Below are positions 13,777-27,094 of a stretch of DNA of 64,000 bases, one piece after another (the first letter of the stretch is position 1; each line of letters begins with the position of its first letter). The notes under the pieces are model-generated. The model had not been told where the DNA came from. It did no database searches and saw only the letters and a program-made list of their open reading frames with translations. The stretch comes from Felis catus (taxonomy: Eukaryota). A program made the translations under genes and the position numbers. The stretch lies in NCBI RefSeq assembly GCF_018350175.1, contig NC_058368.1:82710001-82774000 (forward strand). Direction: 5' to 3'.

Positions 13777-15033
13777 ATACAAAGAAATGGAAAAACATTC
13801 CATGCTCATGGATTGGAAGAATAAATATTGTTAAAATGTCAATACTACCCAAAGCTATCTACACATTCAATGCAATACCAATCAGAATTGCACCAGAATT
13901 CCTCTCAAAGCTAGAGCAAACAATCCTAAAATTTGTATGAAACCACAAAAGACCCCGAATAGCCAAAGTAATATTGAAGAAGAAAACCAAAGCAGGAGGC
14001 ATCACAATCTCAGACTTTAGCCTCTACTACAAAGCTGTAATCGTCAGGACAGTATGGTATTGGCACAAAAACAGACACAGTGGGATAGAATAGACAACCC
14101 AGAAATGGACCCACAAACGTATGGCCAACTCATCTTTGACAAAGCAGGAAAGAATATCCAGTGGAATAAAGACAGTCTCTTCAGCAAGTGGTGCTGGGAA
14201 AACTAGACAGTGACATGCAGAAGAATGAACCTGGACCACTTTCTTACACCATACACAAAAATGAACTCAAAATGGATGAAACACCTGAATGTGACACAGG
14301 AAACCATCAAAACCCTAGAGGAGAAGGCAGGAAAAAACCTCTTTGACCTCAACCGCAGCAATTTCTTACTCAACATGTCTCCAAAGGCAAAGGAATTAAA
14401 AGCAAAAACGAACTATTTTCTGCTCTGGAAAATAGTGTGGAGGTTCCTCAAAAAATTAAAAATAGAACTACCCTATGACCCAGAAATAGCACTGCTAGGA
14501 ATCTACCCAAGGGATACAGGAGTGCTGATGCATAGGGGCACTTGTACCCCAATGTTTACAGAAGCACTTTCAACAATAGCCAAACTATAGAAAGAGCCAA
14601 ACTATGGAAAGAGCCTAAATTTGTCAACTGACAAATGGATAAAGATGTGGTTTATATATACAATAGAATACTACTTGGCAATGAGAAAGAATGAAATCTG
14701 GCCATTTGCAGCAATGTGGATGGAACTGGAGGGTATTATGCTAAGTGAAATAAGCCAGGCAGAGAAAGACAGATACCATATGTTTTCACTCATATGTGGA
14801 TCTTGAGAAACTTAACAGAAGACCATTTTGGGGGGGGGGGGGAGTTACAGAGAGGGAGGGAGGGAAACCATAAGACACTCTCAAAGACTGAGAACAAACT
14901 AAGGATAGATGGGGGGTGGGGGAGAGGGGAAAGTGGGTGATGGGCAAGGAGGAGAGCACTTGTTGGGATGAGTACTGGGTGTTGTATGGAAACCAATTTG
15001 ACAATAAATTATATTTAAAAAAAGAAAAGAAAA
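13777..15033 (+). mobile_element. 5'-truncated younger carnivore L1 with internal deletion, nested in old L1
   Basis: ORF2 C-terminal peptides ([39 protein letters not shown]), AATAAA + A tail; perfect 16-bp TSD gaaaactttatgctga at 13761-13776 and 15034-15049. Confidence 0.95.
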
Positions 15034-17141
15034 GAAAACTTTATGCTGAGAGAAAGAAGCCAATATGTTATATGGTTCAATTTATATGAAATGTCCAGAA
15101 TAGGGAAATCCATAGAAATAAAAAGTAGATTAGTGGTCACTTAGGGTTGGGGGCAGGGAGGGATAGTGAGTTGATAGTTAAAGAGTACAAGGTTTCTTTT
15201 TGAGGATGATGAAACTATTCCCATTGACTATGCTGGTGGTTGCACATATCCAAGACATTTGTATGAGATCAGGAAGTTTTTCATCTTAAGAGAACAGGCC
15301 TTAAGAGGCTAAATAAAGCTCATTGCTAGGAAGATGGTAGAGTAGGAAGCACCAGGAATCTGTCTCTCTACCTAGACAATTGTGCAATTAAAATCTGTCT
15401 GAAGTAACTACTTTGGAGCTCTATTGAAACTACTTTGGAATCTATTGAAAACTTATAACTTCCAGGGGGAAGATTTGGGCATAAAATTGTGGTTAATTTC
15501 AGTCAATATCAGCTCTTAGCAAAGTAGCATCTACACATTGCCCGCCCACAGACTCATGATGGGCAGCTGTACACGTGGTCCTAGAGCAGCCTGTGATAGC
15601 CAAAGTAGGCAACAAAAGACCCTTACCTCCAAATATCAGGTCGATGCTGTGATCACTGATTGCTGCTTCTGATCACAAATGTGCAGATGAAGAGGTGACA
15701 ACCACTCTTGTTGCAAGACCATCCTGCTACTGCTGAAGTGACTTCCAGGGAATTTAAAGAACCAATGTCCTTTATCTACCCACCTCTTCTCATTTTTCCC
15801 TTTCCCCGCTTTGGGAGTCAGACACTAAAGACTCGGACATACAAAAACAACTGCATGTACATGGAAAATTAGAAAATGTCCTTTGAATGCTCAGAAAAAG
15901 GCTCAGAAAAGAAATTAGAAGGTTACACCTCAGGCTGATCCTCAGCACAGACTTAGCCTATTGCAACAAACAAACAAAATAAATAAATAAATTATAATAA
16001 AAACCAACTAGCTCTGAGGAAGGGGGAGAATCTTACTTCCAGAGTTACCACAGTACTGGATCCAAATGTCTAGTTTTCAATAAAAAATTATAAGGCATGC
16101 AAATAAACATGAAAGGCCTATTCAAAGGGAGAAAAAAGTGCATAAATGGAAACTGTCACTGAAAATGACCTGATGTCAGATATATAAAACAAAGATTTTA
16201 AAACAATGGTTTTAAATGCTCAAAGAACTGAAGAAAGATGTGGAGAAAGTCAAGAGAATTATGTATGAACAAAATGGAAATATTAACAAGGAGATAGAAA
16301 ACCTAAAAAGAAACCAAAAAGAAATTCTGAAGTTAAAAGTACCATCACTGAAAAGAAAAATTTACTAGAGGGATTCAAAGGAAGATTTAAGCAGGCAGAA
16401 GGAAGAATCAGTGAACTTGAAGGTAAGACAAAGGAAAGTATCCAGGCTGAGGAACAGAAAGAAAAAAGATTGAGGAAAAGCACAGAACCTGAAGGACCTT
16501 TGGGATATCATTAAGTGGATTAACATATATATTGTGAGAGTTCCAGAAGGACGAGAGAAAGGGGCAGAAAGGATATTTGAAGAAATAATGGCTAAGAACT
16601 TCCCAGATTTCATCCAAGAAGTTCAATGAACTTCAAGTAAGATGAACTCAAAGAGATCCATGCTGAGGCACATTATAATCATACTTCGGAAAGACAAAGA
16701 CAAAGAATATTAAAAGCTTCAAGTAAGAAGCTAATCTTACATACAGGGATCATAAATGAGATAATTAGCAGATTAGCAGAGTGTCAAAAGAAAAAAAAAA
16801 TGTCAACCAAGAATCCCATATCCGGAAAATCTGTCTTTCAAAAGTGAAGGAGAAATCAAGACATTCCCAAATAAATAAAGGCTGCGGGAGTTCATTACCA
16901 CTTGACCTTCTCCACCCTGAGTCCTTCAGGGTGAAATTACTAGTTACTATGCAGTAAATCAAAGCCATATGGAGAAATAAAGATCTCAATAACAGTAAAC
17001 ACATGAGCAAATATCAAAGCTACTATTACTGGAAATTTGGAGCTACAAATCTTATTTTATACATAATTTAAGAGACTAATTTATTTAAAAGAATTGTTAT
17101 TTTATGGGGCACATGATGTATTAGAATGTAATTTTATGATT

Positions 17142-17600
17142 GGGGTGCCTGGGTGGCTCAGTAGGTTGAGTATCCGACTTCGGCTCAGGTCATGATCTCA
17201 CAGTTCGTGGGTTCGAGCCCCACATCAGGCTCTGCTGACCGCTTACTCAGAGCCTGGAGCCTGCTTTGGATTCTGTGTCTCCTTCTCTCTCTGCCCCTCC
17301 CCTTCTCATGCTTTGTCTCACCCTGTTTCTCAAAAATAAATAAATGTGGGGCGTCTGGGTGGCGCAGTCGGTTAAGCGTCCGACTTCAGCCAGGTCACGA
17401 TCTCGCGGTCCGTGAGTTCGAGCCCCGCGTCGGGCTCTGGGCTGATGGCTCAGAGCCTGGAGCCTGCTTCCGATTCTGTGTCTCCCTCTCTCTCTGCCCC
17501 TCCCCCGTTCATGCTCTGTCTCTCTCTGTCCCAAAAATAAATAAAAAACGTTGAAAATAAATAAATAAATAAATGTAAAAAAAATTTTTTTTAAAAGAAA
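17142..17600 (+). mobile_element. Can-SINE (17142-17347) with a young SINEC_Fc-type SINE (17348-17562) inserted in its A tail
   Basis: Inner TSD aaataaataaatgt at 17334-17347 and 17563-17576. Inner copy is CpG-rich (gtggcgcagtcggttaagcgtccgacttcagccaggtcacg). Confidence 0.95.
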
Positions 17601-17917
17601 GTAAGTTTATGAAATCAATAACTAAAAAGGATGGGAAGACAGCAGTGAAAGAACAGTTTTTATATATTATTGAAGTTAATCTGATATTGATTAAATGTAA
17701 AGTGTTATAACTTTAGGATGTCAAATGCAATCCTCATGGTAACCACAAATAAAATAGCTATAGAATATACACAAAAAGAAACAAAGGAATTTAAATGTTT
17801 TACTACAAAAAATCAACTAAAGAAGACAGTAATGCAGGAAATAAAAGACAAAAAGCTATTAGGCATATGGAAAACAAATAGCAAAATAGCAAAAGTCCCT
17901 CCTTATTAGTAATTACT

Positions 17918-18103
17918 TTTTAAATTTATTTTAATGTTTATCTATTTTGAGAGGGGGAAGGGCAGAGAAAGAGGGAAAAGTGGATCTTAAGCAGGCTCTG
18001 TTCTGACAGCAGAGCCTGTTGCAAGGCTCCAACTCATGAGCTGTGAGATCACGGACCTGAACCAAAGTCAGACACTTACCTAACCGAGCCACCCAAGTGC
18101 CCC
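17918..18103 (-). mobile_element. Can-SINE
   Basis: reverse-complement SINE. Confidence 0.9.
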
Positions 18104-18121
18104 AGGAATTATTAAAAAAAA

Positions 18122-18329
18122 TTTTTTTAATCTTTATTTATTTTTGAGAGAGAGAGACAGAGTGCAAGCAGGGGAGAAGCAGAGAGAGAGGGAGACACAG
18201 AATCTGAAGCAGGCTCCAGGCTCTGAGCTGTCAGCATAGAGCCCGATGCAGGGCTCCAACTCATGAACTGTGAGATCATGACCTGAGCCAAAGTTGGATG
18301 CTTAACCGACTGAGCCACCCAGGTGCCCC
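18122..18329 (-). mobile_element. Can-SINE
   Basis: reverse-complement SINE directly adjacent to the previous one. Confidence 0.93.
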
Positions 18330-19052
18330 GGGAATTACTTTAAATATAAATGGATAAACTCTCCAATCAGAAGACAGAGATTGGCAGAATGGATAAAAAC
18401 ACATGATCAAACTATATACTGCCTACAAGAAACTCACTTCAGAGCCAAATAGATTGAAAGTTAAAGTATGGTAAAAAATATCTCATGCAAATAACAACCA
18501 AAATAGAGCAGAAGTGGCTATTCTACTATGAAACAAAATATACTTTAGATACAAAAAAGTTTACAAGAGACAAAGAAGGACATTATATATTAACAAAAGT
18601 TTTAATACAAGAAGATATAAAATTATAAACATTTGTGCACCTAAGGACAGACCACCAAAATATATGAAGCAAAAGTTGACATGATTGAAGGTAGAAATAG
18701 ACAGTTCTACAATAATAATTGGAGACTTCAGTATCCTGTTTACAACAATGGACAGAACAACCAGACAGAAGATAAGTAAATAAATAGAAGACCTAACACA
18801 ACAAGCCAACTAGACCCTACAGACATACACAGAACACTCTACCCAACAACAGCATACACATTCTTCTCAAGTGTACATGTGGCCTTTCCTAGAACAGATC
18901 ATATTTTAGGCCACAAAGCAAATACTGATAGATCTGAAAAGATAGGTATCATACAAAGTATCTTCTCTGACCATAACAGGATGAAATTAGGTATCAGTAA
19001 CAGAAGGAAAACTGGAAAATTCACAAAATTCTGGGAATTAGACAATAAACAC

Positions 19053-19284
19053 TTTTTTAAAAATGTTTATTTATTTATTTATTTTGAGAGAGAGAGTGTG
19101 AGAGAACAAGTGTCAGCACGTGGGGAGGGGCAGAGAGAGAGGGAGAGAGAGAGAGAATCCCATGCCGCATCTTCACTGTCAGCAAAGAGCCTGATGCAGG
19201 GCTTGAGCTCATGAACCATGAGATCATGACCTGAGCCAAAATCAAGATTTGGACACTTAACTGAGTGAGCCATCCAGGTGCCCC
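19053..19284 (-). mobile_element. Can-SINE
   Basis: reverse-complement SINE inside L1 ORF2. Confidence 0.92.
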
Positions 19285-19457
19285 TAAACAATATACTCAT
19301 AAATAAGTAATAGGTCAAAGAAGAAAACAAAAAACAGAAAATACTTAGAGACAAATGAAAATGAAAGCACAACATACCAAAACTTATGTGACGTGCAGGA
19401 AATTGGTGCCAGTGAGGGAAATTATAGCTGCACACACATTTAAAAAAAGGATCTCAA

Positions 19458-19690
19458 GGGGCGCCTGGGTGGCGCAGTCGGTTAAGCGTCCGACTTCAGC
19501 CAGGTCACGATCTCGCGGTCTGTGAGTTCGAGCCCCGCATCGGGCTCTGGGCTGATGGCTCGGAGCCCGGAGCCTGTTTCCGATTCTGTGTCTCCCTCTC
19601 TCTCTGCCCCTCCCCCATTCATGCTCTGTCTCTCTCTGTCCCAAAAATAAATAAAAACGTTAAAAAAAAAAAATTAAAAAAAAAAAAAAA
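19458..19690 (+). mobile_element. young SINEC_Fc-type SINE
   Basis: CpG-rich body, long A tail, perfect TSD aaaaaaggatctcaa. Confidence 0.96.
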
Positions 19691-20506
19691 AAAAGGATCT
19701 CAAAGAACAACCCAATTTTACTACTTGAGGAACTAGGAAAAGAAGAACAAACTAAATCTAAAGCTAACAGAAGGAAGGAAATAATAAAGTATAGAGCAGA
19801 GATAAATGAAATAAAGAGTAGAAAAACAATAGAAAAAGTAAATGAAACTAAAAGTTGGTTCTTCAAAAAGATTTAAAAAATTAACAAAATTTTAGGTAGA
19901 CACACTAAGGAAAATAGAGAAGAGACTCAACTTATGAAAATAAGAAATGAAAGTAGGGCCATTACTACCAATGCTATAGACATAAAAAGGATTATAGGAG
20001 AATGCTATGAAGGATCATATGCCAACAAATTGGATGCCTAGCTGAAACGGACAAATTCATAGAACCACAAAACCTACCAAGACTAAAACATGAAAACAGA
20101 GAATTTGAACAGACCTATAATTAGTAAGAAGATGGAATCAGTAATCAAAAATCCCCTAACAAAAAAAGCCCTGGACCCTACAGCTTAACTGGTGAATTAC
20201 ACGAAATAGTTAAAGAAAAAGTAATACCAATGCTTGTCAAACTTTTCCCCAAAAATGAAGAGGAAACACTTCCTAACTCATTCTATGAGGGCAATGTTAC
20301 CCTAATACTTAAGTTGGACAAAGACTCCACAAGAAAAGAAGACTACATACCAATATCCCTTATGAATATTGTCTCTTTAAATACTAGCAAATCGATTAGC
20401 AGCATATTAAAAATATCATATACCATGACTAAGTGAGATTTATTTCTGGAATACAAGGATGGTTCAACATATCAAAGCCAATCAATATAGTAAACCACAT
20501 TAACAC

Positions 20507-20730
20507 GGGGCACCTGGGTGACTCAGTTGGTTAAGTGTCCAACTTTGGCTGAGGTAATGATCTCATGGTTTGTGAATTTGAGCCCCGCATTGGGCTCTGT
20601 GCTGACAGCTTAGGGCCTGGAGCCTGCTTTAGATTCTGTGTCTCCCTCTCTCTCTCTGCCCTCCCCAACTCATGCCCTGTCTCTCTGTCTCTCAAAAATA
20701 AATAAATGTTAAAAAATCTTTTTAAAAAAA
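20507..20730 (+). mobile_element. Can-SINE
   Basis: TSD agtaaaccacattaaca at 20489-20505 and 20731-20747. Confidence 0.95.
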
Positions 20731-23000
20731 AGTAAACCACATTAACAGAATGAAGGGGAAAAATAGACATGATTATTTCAATTGACGAGAAAGAGCATTT
20801 GACAAAATTCAGCATCCTTTCATGATAACAACACTCAATAAACTTGGAATAGAATGGAACATACCTCCATATAACAAAAGCCACATAGGAAAACCCACAG
20901 TGAATATCATAATGGTAAAAGACTGAGAGCTTTTCCTCTAAGTTCAGGACAATTTTGTTTTCAGCACTTTTATTCAACATAGTACTGAAAGTTCTAGCTA
21001 GAACAAATAGTCAAGGGAAATAAAAGGCATCCAAATTGGAAAGAAAGAAGTAAAATGATGTCTGGTCACAGATGATATGCTCTTACATGTAGAAGATCTT
21101 AATAATTACACACACACACACACACAAACTGTTAGAACTAATAAATGAATTCAGCAAAGTAGCAGGACACTAAGTCAACACAAAAAATCAATTGCATTCT
21201 AGACATGAACAATGAAGAATCTGAAAATGAAATTATAAAAAATTCCATTTGCAATAGTCTCAAAAGGAATAAATACTTAGGAATTAACTAAGAAGGCGAA
21301 AGACTTGTACAATAAAAAGTACAACACATTGCCAAAAGAAATAAAAGAAGACATAAATAAATGGAAACACATGGCATGTTCACAGATTGGAAGAGTTAAT
21401 ATTGTTAAAATGTCAATACTACTCAAAGTGATCTATAAATTCAGTGTCATGCCTATCAAAACCCCAATGACAGTTTTGCAGAAATAGAAAAAAACCCATC
21501 CTAAAATTATATGGGATCTCAAGGGACCTGAAACAGCCAAAACAAAATCTCGAAAAAGAAGAAGCCTGGAGGGCTCACACTCCTTGACTTCACAATCAGG
21601 GAGTTACAGAGTTACAGTAATCAAAATGGTGTGGTATTGGCATAAAGACAGACATATGGACCAGTGGAATAGAATAGAATTCCCAGAAATAAACCCTTAC
21701 ATATATGGTCAAATAATTTTTGACAAGGATGCCAAGACCATTCAATGGGGAAAGGACAGTCTTTTCGACAAATAGCACTGGGAAACCTACATACCCACAT
21801 GCAAAAAAAAATGAAGTTGGACTCTTAAACTATAAGCAAAAAATCACATATGTATCAAAGAACTAAATGCACAACCTAAAACAATAAAACTCTTAGAAGA
21901 AAACAGAAAAAAAGCTTCCTATAATTGGATTTGGCAATGACTTCTTGGAGCAGTGCCGGGCCCTTCCTACCCCTCCGCCTTTGCTCCACACCACTCCTCT
22001 GCTGCACGTTCCTTCACACATCGTGTCTTTAACCCCGTTGCCCACCCCCCCACCAGCCATCAGCCTAACGGATGAGTCTACCTCAGTGTCCCACCCAGTT
22101 AGATCACACGCTCAAATCTAGTGCCACTACCCGTTCTCTGTGACTTTGGGTAAGTTTTAACCTTAGTAAGGCTAATGATAGAGTAGCTAGCTCTAAGGAC
22201 TAAGTGAGATAAACATACTCCACAGACTCTAAGATACAACCTCCCCCCCACTTCCATGCACACATACCCCTAAAGGGCTCTGAAATGGGAATGCATCTTA
22301 CAGGGCACAGCATGGCAGCGTTTTGCATGCAGCCCTGCCTCTGGCCTTCTCATCCATCACCTGGGCCCCTGCAGTGGCCCCTCCACGCACATTCTCTCTC
22401 ACCTGCTCTCCACCCTTTCTCTACAATGATCCTTTCGAAATGCAAGAATGTGCTTTACAGCCTTCTGTGGCCCTGCGCTGCCTGCACAGTAAGTCAGGAC
22501 TCCTCCAGCGGCACCTGGCCCTCCAGGGTCCAGCCTCTGTCAGGCTCCTAGATGCACCTGCCACCGGGCATGTCCTTCCTCTCCTTGCCTTCCTGCTCAC
22601 ACCTCTGTCGTTTCAGGGTTCTGTCCCAGCATCACTTCTGATTGCCACTTCTTCCCTCTGTCCTCAGGAAGCCCTGAGCATCCCCACCTCTGTGTCCCCA
22701 GCACATCGACATCACTGAGCTGCTTTTCCTCCTCTTCACCGTGCCTGCGTGCTCTCTCCCTCACCTGGGCCGTGAGGTCACCGCTCACCTCTGAAGCCCA
22801 GCTCCTCCCCAACCAGGAACCTGCAGCAAGATGCACTACCAAATGTTTGTCAGACAAGTGAGAAAGAGGAAATATACCATCTCTGGGAGCCCTTCCTGCC
22901 TTCTGAGCACTCCAGCCCATTCTCTCCAATGCAGTAGGAGGGCTTCCACTGGTTTTAACTCCGTCAGTACTTCAAGAACTATGTATGCTGTTTTTTGGAG

Positions 23001-23133
23001 TCTAAGCAGGGGGAGAAGAGAACAGGGACTTCATGGAATGCAAAGAGAAAGGAAAACCACTCTGGAAAGGATCACAAACCGAGAGCTGTTGTTACACAGA
23101 GCCCAGAGGTGGCAGAAGACCAGGAAGGGCTGA
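23001..23133 (+). pseudogene. CFAP97D2: degenerate downstream CFAP97D2-like exon (S)LSRGRREQGLHGMQRERKTTLERITNRELLLHRAQRW
   Basis: Resembles the C-terminal CFAP97-domain motif SLN..R..E..R...EN..IL.RI.....Y...W (recalled). Weak GAG acceptor (ttttttggag|); TGA at 23131-23133. Confidence 0.6.
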
Positions 23134-23363
23134 CGGGCACAAAGTTCCGGAGCAACGTGTCCTGGGAAATTGAAGACACGCACCGTGACAAGGTGCCTGT
23201 GGTTTCTTGTTTGCTGCACATCCACAGCTATTTGAAATTTCCATTCGCTTCATTGGAGTTATGCATTTGGACTCACTGATTCTTTCTTGTTTTATGGCAT
23301 TTTATTCTATTGCCTGAAAGCATTTGCCAAACGGTCCTCTCCTAATACTATTAAGACCCAGCA

Positions 23364-23588
23364 GGGGCGCCTGGGTGGCTCAGTCGGTTAAGCGGCCAAC
23401 TTCGGCTCAGGTCATGATCTCGCGGTCCGTGAGTTCGAGCCCCGCGTCGGGCTCTGTGCTGACAGCTCAGAGCCTGGAGCCTGTTTCAGATTCTGTGTCT
23501 CCTTCTCTCTGACCCTCCCCCATTCATGCTCTGTCTCTCTCTGTCTCAAAAATAAATAAACGTTAAAAAAAAAATTTTAAAAAAAAAA
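23364..23588 (+). mobile_element. Can-SINE
   Basis: TSD aagacccagca on both sides. Confidence 0.95.
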
Positions 23589-23950
23589 AGACCCAGCACA
23601 GTGACTCAGCTGATGAATGCACTGTTTCCTCACACAAAGAAGTCATAAGGAGACGAAAATGAACTCAACTGATTGATTACAGGTTGAGGGAGAGAGATAT
23701 GGTGAAAAATAACAACTTAGCAAGATGGTATGCAGGAAATCATGTGACAGTGCCAAATTGGTTATGGCACACTATGTCGAGAAAGGCAAAGAAAATTAGT
23801 AATTTGAAAAAGTTTGCCAAATAATTTAAATTCTAAACTCTCCCTCTTTATCTTATCCTTCTTGCTGGCAAAACCCTAACCCTGAATGAAGAAAAATAAG
23901 TATTTAATTTTGTCATTAATGTCATCTGTAATTAAATTAATTTGCTTATT

Positions 23951-24167
23951 GGGGCGCTGGGTGGCTCAGTCGGTTAAGCGTCCGACTTCGGCTCAGGTTG
24001 TGATCTCATTGTCTGTGAGTTCGAGCCCCGTGTCGGGCTCTGTGCTGACAGCTCAGAGCCTGGAGCCTGCTTCTGATTCTGTGCTCCTTCTCCCTCTGCC
24101 CCTTTCCTGCTCACACTCTGACTCTCTCTGACTTTCGATAATAAACAAACATTAAAAAAATTTAAGA
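23951..24167 (+). mobile_element. Can-SINE
   Basis: TSD aattaaatta(a/c)tttgcttatt. Confidence 0.95.
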
Positions 24168-27094
24168 AATTAAATTACTTTGCTTATTAATGTCCTGAGT
24201 GAATCACTTAAAGACTTGTAATATCGTCACTTACTCCTCTTATCTGAATATACAGCCACTATGTTGTGGAACATTTCAGCAGATTGCTTTCCCTCGAAGT
24301 CCAGTCCATTGTAAGAAATTGCATAGACACCAAAGTTTAAATAAACACCCCCCGCTCCAACGCCCCATCCCTGAGCAGGCCCCGTAGCCCCCCAAGCCCA
24401 GTTTGTCCAAGATGCCCTGCTCCTTTAGGTAGCCACTGGCCCCACAGGTATCTGGGTTGGCACTGGGAAGGATTTGAGAAGCCCCAGCTTTCCTGCCTGT
24501 TTGCCTTGGACATTTCTTACAGAATCTGGAGGTACAGAGAGAGTAAAGTACCTTTCCCAAAGATGCATAACCAATAAATAATTACTAATTGCTGAGGCAT
24601 TTGGAAAATCTAATTTATTTTTCAATTTACATCAAAACCTTGAATATTTCATTTCAAGTCTTTATTTTTAATTACAAAACTCATATTTATTTATTGTGAA
24701 AAATAAAATGTCAAACAGTAGAGTGTGTAAGTAAAATGTGGGGCTGCATTTGGATTGAACTCCTGAGAACTAATCACTGTTAACTTGCTGATGAACGTTG
24801 ACTTTTATTCATCATTTATATATATCTGTTTATTTAAACAAAAACGGGATCACAGTCTACTCAGTTTTCTGTAAAATGCTCATTTTCATCTATTATGTAT
24901 CATGGAAATTAGTCTCGTGTCAGTACATAAAGATCTCCATTCCTCCTTAGCAGTTACAAGGTAATTTTTGTAGAGATACACCTTGTTATTTAATCAGTTC
25001 CATAACTACAGAAATGTACGGTGTTTGCAGGTTTTCACTATTCCAGAGGAAACTATGACAGTAGTCCTGGTGCATGTGTCTCTTTCCATGTCATTTCTGT
25101 AACTTATATACCTAAAAGTAAATTGTTTAATCAAAAGGTATGCACATTTAATTTTCTGATACTACCGCACTGCCTTCCGATACAGTCTAACAACTTGCAC
25201 TTTGCAGTGGCTTCAAGTCCCTGTTTCCTCACAGTCCTGCCAGCACTTGGCATCATATGTGTTTTAGAGTCTCGCTCCATTCAATTTCTATGTATTAATT
25301 GTCTGGTGTGGTCTTTTTTACTGGTCTGTCTCTCTTCTAGTTGTTAATATGTAATGGCTGTTTATATATTATCAATATTTACTTTTTTCTATTATCAATA
25401 TCACAAATATTTTTTGCTACATTATTATCATTTCACCTAAGTTTATTTTTAGGGAGACAAATCAGCCACTGTTTTCTTTTATGGCATCTAGTTCTAGTGC
25501 CTTCCACGGAAAGGGGAGAGCACTTTCTCCCCTATATTCTCCTATATTTTCTCCTAATGCTTTTATGGTTTTCTTGATTTGCTTTAAATCTTTAATTAAT
25601 ATAGAATTTAATAAATATGGAATTTTTTATATTGTGTTAGAGATCAGAGTTCCTTTTTTCCAAATTTATTGTGAGTTAAAAATAGCAGTTTGCAATATCA
25701 AAAATTTTCATACTCTTTCTATTTCACACCAGCTGCTTTCCAGAGGCTTCCACTCCCAGCAGGTGAACAGCATGTGTCCCCCACCCCACTCCTTGCATCA
25801 CAGCAGGGAGGGGGGACCACCTCCTCCTCCTCCCCCTCCTCCTCCTCCACTCCTCTTCCTGGGGCAGGAACGCTGGTCTCTGGCCCCAGTTCTTGGCGTC
25901 CTGGGCCCAATCTACTGGGCCTCGTGTTTTATTCGTCTCTGCTGCCTCCTTCAGTTGGTTTCTGTCCCTCTCAGGCTCATTTGTTCTTTGACATCGCGGT
26001 ATACTTCATATCTGTGTCATTTTATTTCAGGTTTGTGTCTTTAAGCAGAACACTGTAAATTTGCTTTATAGTCTAGTCCCAGAGGCTTTTTCCCCTCAGT
26101 TTTATCCATTTGTTTATTGATGTAAGTATCGTGTTTGCTCTCATTTCTGGTTTTTTTTTCCTATGTTTTGTTTCCTTACTTTTTCCTCCTTTATATTGTT
26201 TTCTTTAGCAAATGTCAGGAAAATGCTTGGAACCTACGCTTCAAATCCATCCTTCACTTATTTACGTTGACTCTTGAAATTCCTCTTTTACAAAACAGGA
26301 AACAGATAAAGCCCAAGAGCAAAAGGAGATGTTAAGATAAAGTAAAACAAAGGAAGGGAAAACAGCCTCCTAGAAATAGTGTTTCCTGCAGCTGCAGCGC
26401 AGAGACTGCACTTTATTGAAGCGTCAGCTCGAGGCACCTGCTTGATGCAGTCGGGGAAACATGCCTGGGCACAAAAGCACTCACAGTTCTGACAAAGACC
26501 AGACCCTAGGGATGTGGGCCTCCTGCTGAGGTTATCCCTTCTGCAAGAAAAGACAAACAGGGATAGCCTAAGGAAACAACTCATTGCCTCTGGATCCCAG
26601 ATCAGAAACAATTACCATCTGAGCGTCCCAAATCAAAAGATGGCTCTGTCACAAGCATCCTTCCTGCCCTGTTTTAAGTTCCCATGGCCTTCAGCTTCCA
26701 TGTCTGTATGTGCAGAAGGAAGAGGGTGACAGGCCCAGGGGCAGAGGGAAGGATGCCCACTATGGGATTCCTCAGTCAAAAATTTCTTTCCTGCTGTTGG
26801 GTCTGTTGGCTTTGAAGTAGAAAGACTTTCTCTAAGGGTGCACTTGCTTTTCCCCCAACAAGTCCCAGCCTCCCAGCCTTGGAAACATCAGGAACATAGT
26901 CAGCATGGAAGTGAGGGTGGGGTTAGCAGGACACTTTTACAGGAGAGCTCCTCCCTTCAGAAAGAAAACCAAAATCAAACTATTTGAAAACCGTAGGTCT
27001 AGGGAGGAAAGAGCTGTTTTATATAAAGGACCAGAAGGCTAGAAAATGGTCCAAGAATCCACAGGAGCCCTTCTTGACCAGATACCCTTCCTTG

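Larger units (their letters stand above)
10900..15260 (+). mobile_element. old L1M element (5' region, ORF2 RT/C-terminal remnants from ~11630, 3'UTR), hosting two SINEs and a younger L1
   Basis: Decayed ORF2 motifs (ctattcacagatgatatgatc = LFTDDMI; IESPEINP; FSKWC) with many stops. Boundaries approximate. Confidence 0.85.
15325..21950 (+). mobile_element. old near-full-length L1M (5'UTR, ORF1 ~16100-16920, ORF2 ~18330-21950), 3'-truncated, carrying 7 SINE insertions
   Basis: Decayed ORF1 coiled-coil and ORF2 EN/RT motifs ([32 protein letters not shown]); stops abruptly near 21950. Confidence 0.88.

Noticed and set aside
25481..26058. 187-aa and 122-aa ORFs with poly-P / poly-S
   Set aside because: Low-complexity (CCT)n tract in non-coding DNA; no recognisable domain or splice structure.
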